This document shows, piece after piece, positions 59,301 to 64,000 of a stretch of DNA of 64,000 bases; position 1 is the first letter of the stretch; each line of letters begins with the position of its first letter. The notes beneath the pieces are model-generated. The model ran no database searches and was not told the DNA's origin. It saw only the letters and a list, made by a program, of their open reading frames with translations. The position numbers and the translations under genes were made by a program. The stretch is from Bacilli bacterium (GTDB lineage Bacteria > Bacillota_I > Bacilli_A > RFN20 > CAG-826). The stretch lies in the NCBI GenBank assembly GCA_045601325.1, contig JAZRZI010000008.1:2961-66960 (forward strand). Direction: 5' to 3'.

Positions 59301-62300
59301 TAGTCTTTCACTCCAACATATGTTAAGGCATCTTTGTGACTTGCTCCCTTACTCATCAAGAAAGAGATAAGTGTTTTTTGAGAGTTCCCGGTTACTGAAT
59401 ACCCAGCAAGATACATAAGTAAAACTTTCTCTTGTTTAGACATTTGAAGTTTATTTATGTAATCAATAACTAATTCTTTTCTACTCTTCTTCTTTGTTTC
59501 AGTAATAGAACCAGTCTTTTGTAAGATTGAAATATATTTAGCAAGTTCGACATTGCCATTGGTTAAAACAAGTAAGTTTTCAAGTTTTGATGAACCACTA
59601 CTACCAATTGCTCTTGCTTTAGCAAAACCATAATAGGCATTATAAACGCTTGAAATGAGTTTGGCTTTTTCTTCGCTTGTAGCAACTCTATACTCTGGTG
59701 TATTCATCACTTTAACAACTTGATTTTCACTTTGTTGATATAGTTTCTTAAATTGAGTAATTTGAGCCGCAGTGAGTTGAATTTGATTACCATTATCATC
59801 AGTGTAGGCAGTAGGAATACTTCTTGGAATAGCATTATAACCTTGAGATGAAAGTATAACTAATTCAGCATTGATTTGGTCATTAGTTACTCCACCTTTG
59901 AACTCACTGACCATATAGGAAAGATATGCTTGTGCGGACTTTGTGTCTCCACTTTCAATATATTGGTTATAGGATTTGGTTAAACCATTAACAGTAGAAG
60001 CATAGAAAATATTATTGAATTTCAAAGCTGCTTCCGAATCAATGAGTTTGGTAATTCCATAGATATACTTTTTGATTTCATCAATTGGAAGCCCTGTAAG
60101 ACCTTCAAGAATAGAAATTAAACCAGTTAATAATGCACCACTAACTTTACCTTCTACAATAGAAGAATAAATATTATGTGCCACTTGTCCTAAGTCGTTG
60201 AGCATAGAAATGCTTGGAGCATCAATCTCATAACCATTCAAGACAGTGCCAGTGAGAGTTCCAACAACAGGAATCCAATTTAAGAATGAGTTAGTAGCAA
60301 CTGTTGTAAGTATTTCTTCTGCTTTGTATTCGCTAAATTTCTTCTTACCATAGAGGAAGTTAGCGAGCATACCAACAGCGGTGACAGCAATACCATTGAT
60401 AATCATCTTAGCAAGGATATTAAGAGGTATTCTCTTACCACCACTAAACTTATATTGTTTATAACCATCACTCTTGTTTTGTTGAGTTTTGGCTTCACCA
60501 TTGGCTTTATATTCTTCTTCACGAGCATTATTAAGATTTTCTTTAAGTGTCTTATTAGTTGCTCTTTGTTCATTGACTTTTGCTCTTGCTTCAGCAATTA
60601 AACCGTTGATATCTTCTTCAACTGAAGTATCAGCAAATTGACCTTCATCTCCATTGATCCAAGCAACTTTATTGAGTTCAATTTCTTTTGAATAAATTTT
60701 CGAGCCTTGTCCACCAGCATATTCTTCGGCTTGTATTTTACTTGTTGAAACAAATGTTCCTTGTTCAATCTCTTTTGAAGAATAAATAGTTATTTTTCCA
60801 CTTTCAAGTGCTTTTTGTGCGTCTTCTCTTGAGAAATCTCCCCAAGCAAATTGACCTTCTTTTTCATCATTCAAAGCAAGGACTTCTTCCCAAGTTTTAA
60901 TATCTTCAACCTTACGGATACCTACATGATATGAGTCTTCCATTGGGTTATATTTATTAACAATACCAAGTTGTTGTTCTTTCTTATTATTAAGCAAATT
61001 ATCTCTTTCTTCTCTTAAAGTGTCGAGTTGTTTGAGACCATTGTTGTATGCTTCTTCAGCTTTAGAAGTAACCTTTTGTGCTTCTTCATACTTAGCAAGT
61101 GCATTTTCTAAATCTGCTTTTAATTGAGCCTCATCAACATTGTGGAATTGATGATATAAAGAACCTTGAACAGCATATGAAGCAACATTCGCTCTCATAG
61201 CACCAGCAAGGACATTGAAAGTCATTCTTGTAATTGCATTATCATTGAGCAAGTTTTGATGAAGTGGAGTAGAACCAACATTAAGCATATTGTATAAAGA
61301 ATACATATCTCTAACATATTGCTTACCTTCAACACTATTAACGTCAACACCATTCTTCAAACAATCATTGACTATGTCTAAAAGACCACTATCCATAGCG
61401 AGTTTATCCCAAAACTTAACCGGAGACATAACTATGGATTGTATCTTTCCACTAATACCACTAAATGTTGTAGGAGCATTACCTTTTAAGAGTTCTTGTG
61501 AAGCACTACGATATTTGAGTTCAGGTATTACTTCATCAATAAGCATATGAGCTGCTTCTCTAACTTCTTTACCATATTTGCTTAATTTAACCATTTTGGC
61601 TAAATCAATATTGGAAGTTGTATGTGATAAGTAGTTCTTAACACTTCTAATAGGAGAAGAAATCTTACTTGTAGCATAACCACTCATAAATAGAGCAGTT
61701 GTTTTTGTGATGAAGTTTTGACTTTCTGGGTTTTTAATAATCCATTGATCAGTGATATCGGTAAGATATTTGAGTTCATTTCTTCCATACTTTTCACTAA
61801 TGTGTTGAGCAACTGAAATACCATTACTGTCTTTACTATTAAGTAAGGCATAAAAATCATGAACCGCTGGTTTAAGATAAATTTGTTGACCAATTCTTTT
61901 AATATAGTCACCAATCTCGTCCATGATATCAACGACACCTAAAGCACTTAAGTCTTCAGTTCTCTTTAATCCATATCTAAAGGAAGGGTCACCAATAACC
62001 CTTTTATCAATAGAGGTTTGGAAATAAGAATCTTTATGTAATGTGGAATAGTCTTTAACTAAGTCAACATCAACATATCCACTTTCTTTTTTGAAATCAA
62101 CAAACTTACTTTGTAAGTATTCATTGATAACTTTATAGTGCAAGTTTTCAGCAAGTTTAATGGTTTCTGGTGTCATTAAGGCATCAATATCAGCTTTTAA
62201 TTGTTCCAAGTGACCTTCGCCTTGATAGAACCATACTGGTCTACCTTGTTTGTCTTCGGTGTGATAACCACCATAGTTAATATTTTCAGCATTAACTGGA

Positions 62301-64000
62301 GCAAGATGAGTTTCGATATAGGCTTTAATAAGTTCACCTTTTGTAATCTTAACACCGTTAATCTTCCCGGCATTATCTTTACTATGCCAACCTTTTGGTA
62401 AGAAATCACTTACAAACTCATTGCTCTTAACAACCCATTCAGTATTGTTTCCATGTGCTTGTAAAATTCTAATTTGACCTTTAGTGATTTCACCATAGCC
62501 ATATTTAACAAAGAGTTCTCCACCCTTTCCACCAAGTGTCTTAGTAATTGGGTCTAAAACCATTTGAAGTTTAGACATATCATAAGAAGCAATTTCATTA
62601 GAAGTTGCGATTGCTCTACTTCTTCTTTCTGGAATTACTCTTCTTACCATTTTTTGTTCATAGGCAAGTAAATCTTTGTTGTATTGCTTTAATGCTTTAT
62701 AAGTTTCTAAAGATAACTCTGGTTTACCTAAGTCGCCTCTTAAGAGAACCTCTAATTCTTCAAGGTCTCTCTTGATAGTGTCATCATAGTTCATGATGCT
62801 CTTTTCATAGTTTTCTTCGGTGTAAATCTTATTAGCAGTAGAGATTGCTTCGATAGTTTTATCGGTTGCTTTATAAGTTCCACCATGTCTTTCTAAAGAA
62901 GCAAGTAGTTTTGAGAGCATATTGATAGTATGGACATCTCTATCTTCTAACTTGTCATAGGTATAGTCGCCTTCCGCTAAATCTTTAATCTTAGAGCGGT
63001 TTCTAGATAAGAAGTTGGTGTAATCCTTTTTAGCCTTAACTTCTTTGATTTGAGACTTAAGGTCATTGTTAATTGACTTAAAGATTTCATATGCTTTAGC
63101 AAGTCTTTCATTAGCCTTTTCTCTAATCTTAGCAATTTGTTCATTCTTCTTTTCAAGAGATAAATCAAATCTCTTTTCGAGTTTAGCAATTCTAGAAAGT
63201 TCACTCTTTGCTTTAAGCAAACCAGTGATAGCCTTAACAAAGTCATCTTTATGTCCTGCTAAGAACTCTTGTCTAACACTTCTATCTGGGTTAAATGAAA
63301 CAATCTTAGAGTTAGCAATATCATCTGCTAATTCACTAATAGCATTTGCAATTTCACTTTCTTTAAGAGTATTAAAATCTTCAAATAGTCTCTTTGCGGT
63401 TTCACCTTTAAGGAGTTTAATTTGATATTCATATCCTTCCTTTTTAGGGAAGATTTTATCCATAATTTGTTTCTTGACAATATCAACAATGTCCTCTGCC
63501 TTTTTCATAGATAAAACTCTCTCATGGTTTAGATCACCATAAGCCTTGATATATCTTGGCTCACTCTCTTTTGGAAGAGACATCATTATTTCATCATTTG
63601 CCTTTGCCATTGCGACAGAAGTCTTGGCAATTTCACTAACATTTATTGATTTTGTTGGTAAAACCTCAATATTTTCAATGTTTTTGAATTTAGAATCGAC
63701 ATATGTAATAGCACTATGCCACTCACCATCTTCACCATTAACAGCTTTAGAGATAATCATGTATCTATCTCCATCTTTGATTATAGATGAACCTTTGTGC
63801 TCTCTAATAAGTTCAAAATATTCTTTTATTTGTTCAGTAGAATAATCTTGTTGAATTGCTTTTGCAACGTCTCTATTAACAGTTAATCCACTTGCATTAT
63901 TTGGCACTTCGATGCCTTTAGAAACAAACGAACTAATTGGAATAATTGCACCTTGAACAGTGCCATCACTATTGTCAACTGTTCCTAAATAAATAATAGA
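59300..64000 (-). CDS. Giant protein, at least 1,566 codons and 5'-truncated by the window edge. It is coiled-coil rich with a Gly-rich hydrophobic block, resembling a phage tape-measure or ICE/polyvalent-type protein
   Basis: The reading frame stays open from 59300 to the window end; the track's start at 63907 is an internal GTG. There are two long coiled-coil stretches, a ~120-aa Gly-rich hydrophobic region (approximately nt 60083-60439) and no nucleotide-binding or catalytic motif. Confidence 0.4.
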   Translation of the reverse strand, partial: SIIYLGTVDNSDGTVQGAIIPISSFVSKGIEVPNNASGLTVNRDVAKAIQQDYSTEQIKEYFELIREHKGSSIIKDGDRYMIISKAVNGEDGEWHSAITYVDSKFKNIENIEVLPTKSINVSEIAKTSVAMAKANDEIMMSLPKESEPRYIKAYGDLNHERVLSMKKAEDIVDIVKKQIMDKIFPKKEGYEYQIKLLKGETAKRLFEDFNTLKESEIANAISELADDIANSKIVSFNPDRSVRQEFLAGHKDDFVKAITGLLKAKSELSRIAKLEKRFDLSLEKKNEQIAKIREKANERLAKAYEIFKSINNDLKSQIKEVKAKKDYTNFLSRNRSKIKDLAEGDYTYDKLEDRDVHTINMLSKLLASLERHGGTYKATDKTIEAISTANKIYTEENYEKSIMNYDDTIKRDLEELEVLLRGDLGKPELSLETYKALKQYNKDLLAYEQKMVRRVIPERRSRAIATSNEIASYDMSKLQMVLDPITKTLGGKGGELFVKYGYGEITKGQIRILQAHGNNTEWVVKSNEFVSDFLPKGWHSKDNAGKINGVKITKGELIKAYIETHLAPVNAENINYGGYHTEDKQGRPVWFYQGEGHLEQLKADIDALMTPETIKLAENLHYKVINEYLQSKFVDFKKESGYVDVDLVKDYSTLHKDSYFQTSIDKRVIGDPSFRYGLKRTEDLSALGVVDIMDEIGDYIKRIGQQIYLKPAVHDFYALLNSKDSNGISVAQHISEKYGRNELKYLTDITDQWIIKNPESQNFITKTTALFMSGYATSKISSPIRSVKNYLSHTTSNIDLAKMVKLSKYGKEVREAAHMLIDEVIPELKYRSASQELLKGNAPTTFSGISGKIQSIVMSPVKFWDKLAMDSGLLDIVNDCLKNGVDVNSVEGKQYVRDMYSLYNMLNVGSTPLHQNLLNDNAITRMTFNVLAGAMRANVASYAVQGSLYHQFHNVDEAQLKADLENALAKYEEAQKVTSKAEEAYNNGLKQLDTLREERDNLLNNKKEQQLGIVNKYNPMEDSYHVGIRKVEDIKTWEEVLALNDEKEGQFAWGDFSREDAQKALESGKITIYSSKEIEQGTFVSTSKIQAEEYAGGQGSKIYSKEIELNKVAWINGDEGQFADTSVEEDINGLIAEARAKVNEQRATNKTLKENLNNAREEEYKANGEAKTQQNKSDGYKQYKFSGGKRIPLNILAKMIINGIAVTAVGMLANFLYGKKKFSEYKAEEILTTVATNSFLNWIPVVGTLTGTVLNGYEIDAPSISMLNDLGQVAHNIYSSIVEGKVSGALLTGLISILEGLTGLPIDEIKKYIYGITKLIDSEAALKFNNIFYASTVNGLTKSYNQYIESGDTKSAQAYLSYMVSEFKGGVTNDQINAELVILSSQGYNAIPRSIPTAYTDDNGNQIQLTAAQITQFKKLYQQSENQVVKVMNTPEYRVATSEEKAKLISSVYNAYYGFAKARAIGSSGSSKLENLLVLTNGNVELAKYISILQKTGSITETKKKSRKELVIDYINKLQMSKQEKVLLMYLAGYSVTGNSQKTLISFLMSKGASHKDALTYVGVKD

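Noticed and set aside
58536-64000. Calling the giant-protein locus a definite prophage.
   Set aside because: There are tape-measure-like features, but no capsid, terminase, portal or integrase gene is visible in the window. The downstream neighbour is a DedA/TVP38 membrane protein rather than Dit/Tal tail proteins. It is reported as a candidate only.

Overview
This window is a low-GC (roughly 30%) chromosomal segment that uses the standard genetic code (long intact ORFs, no in-frame UGA), consistent with a Firmicutes- or Acholeplasma/Erysipelotrichia-like bacterium. Most of it is core housekeeping, with four accessory patches, the most unusual being a translationally coupled giant-protein locus at the 3' edge.

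**Core housekeeping**
- The conserved rsgA-pknB-stp-rlmN-(rsmB-like)-priA-gmk block.
- A complete F1Fo ATP synthase operon (atpIBEFHAGDC).
- Three aminoacyl-tRNA synthetases: proS, tyrS (preceded by a Tyr T-box leader) and trpS.
- glpK, trxA, rdgB, pgeF, coaD, rsmD, def, RNase J, maf, nadK, spx and rluD.
- Four tRNA genes: one tRNA-Gly(UCC) and three dispersed tRNA-Ser isoacceptors (GCU, CGA, GGA).

**Accessory or unusual parts**
1. 27.3-34.7 kb holds several poorly characterised proteins: a zinc-ribbon/TM protein, a YhhN-like membrane protein, a spermidine-synthase-fold protein placed next to an MTA-deaminase-like amidohydrolase and an FAD oxidoreductase, and a Lys-rich membrane protein.
2. 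34.7-39.7 kb is a six-gene minus-strand operon downstream of proS/tRNA-Ser: an ABC-2 exporter, an IspD/TarI-family cytidylyltransferase, an APH/NahK-like kinase, an SGNH hydrolase and a PHP phosphatase.
3. A membrane-anchored, fully degenerate GGDEF-EAL protein sits immediately upstream of proS with only 2 nt between the two genes.
4. At the 3' edge, directly after tRNA-Ser(GGA) and a short tandem repeat, a TVP38/DedA-like membrane protein is translationally coupled to a giant ORF of more than 1,560 codons that runs off the window. The giant protein is rich in coiled coils and has a Gly-rich hydrophobic block, resembling a phage tape-measure or ICE/polyvalent protein. I regard this as the most unusual locus in the window.

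**Also present**
- Several catalytically dead-looking domains: an RsmB-like protein lacking both catalytic Cys residues, and a PTS EIIB-like domain with Cys replaced by Ser.
- Two extracytoplasmic thioredoxin-like CxxC proteins.

All functional calls rest on motif recognition in the translated ORFs; I could not run any searches.
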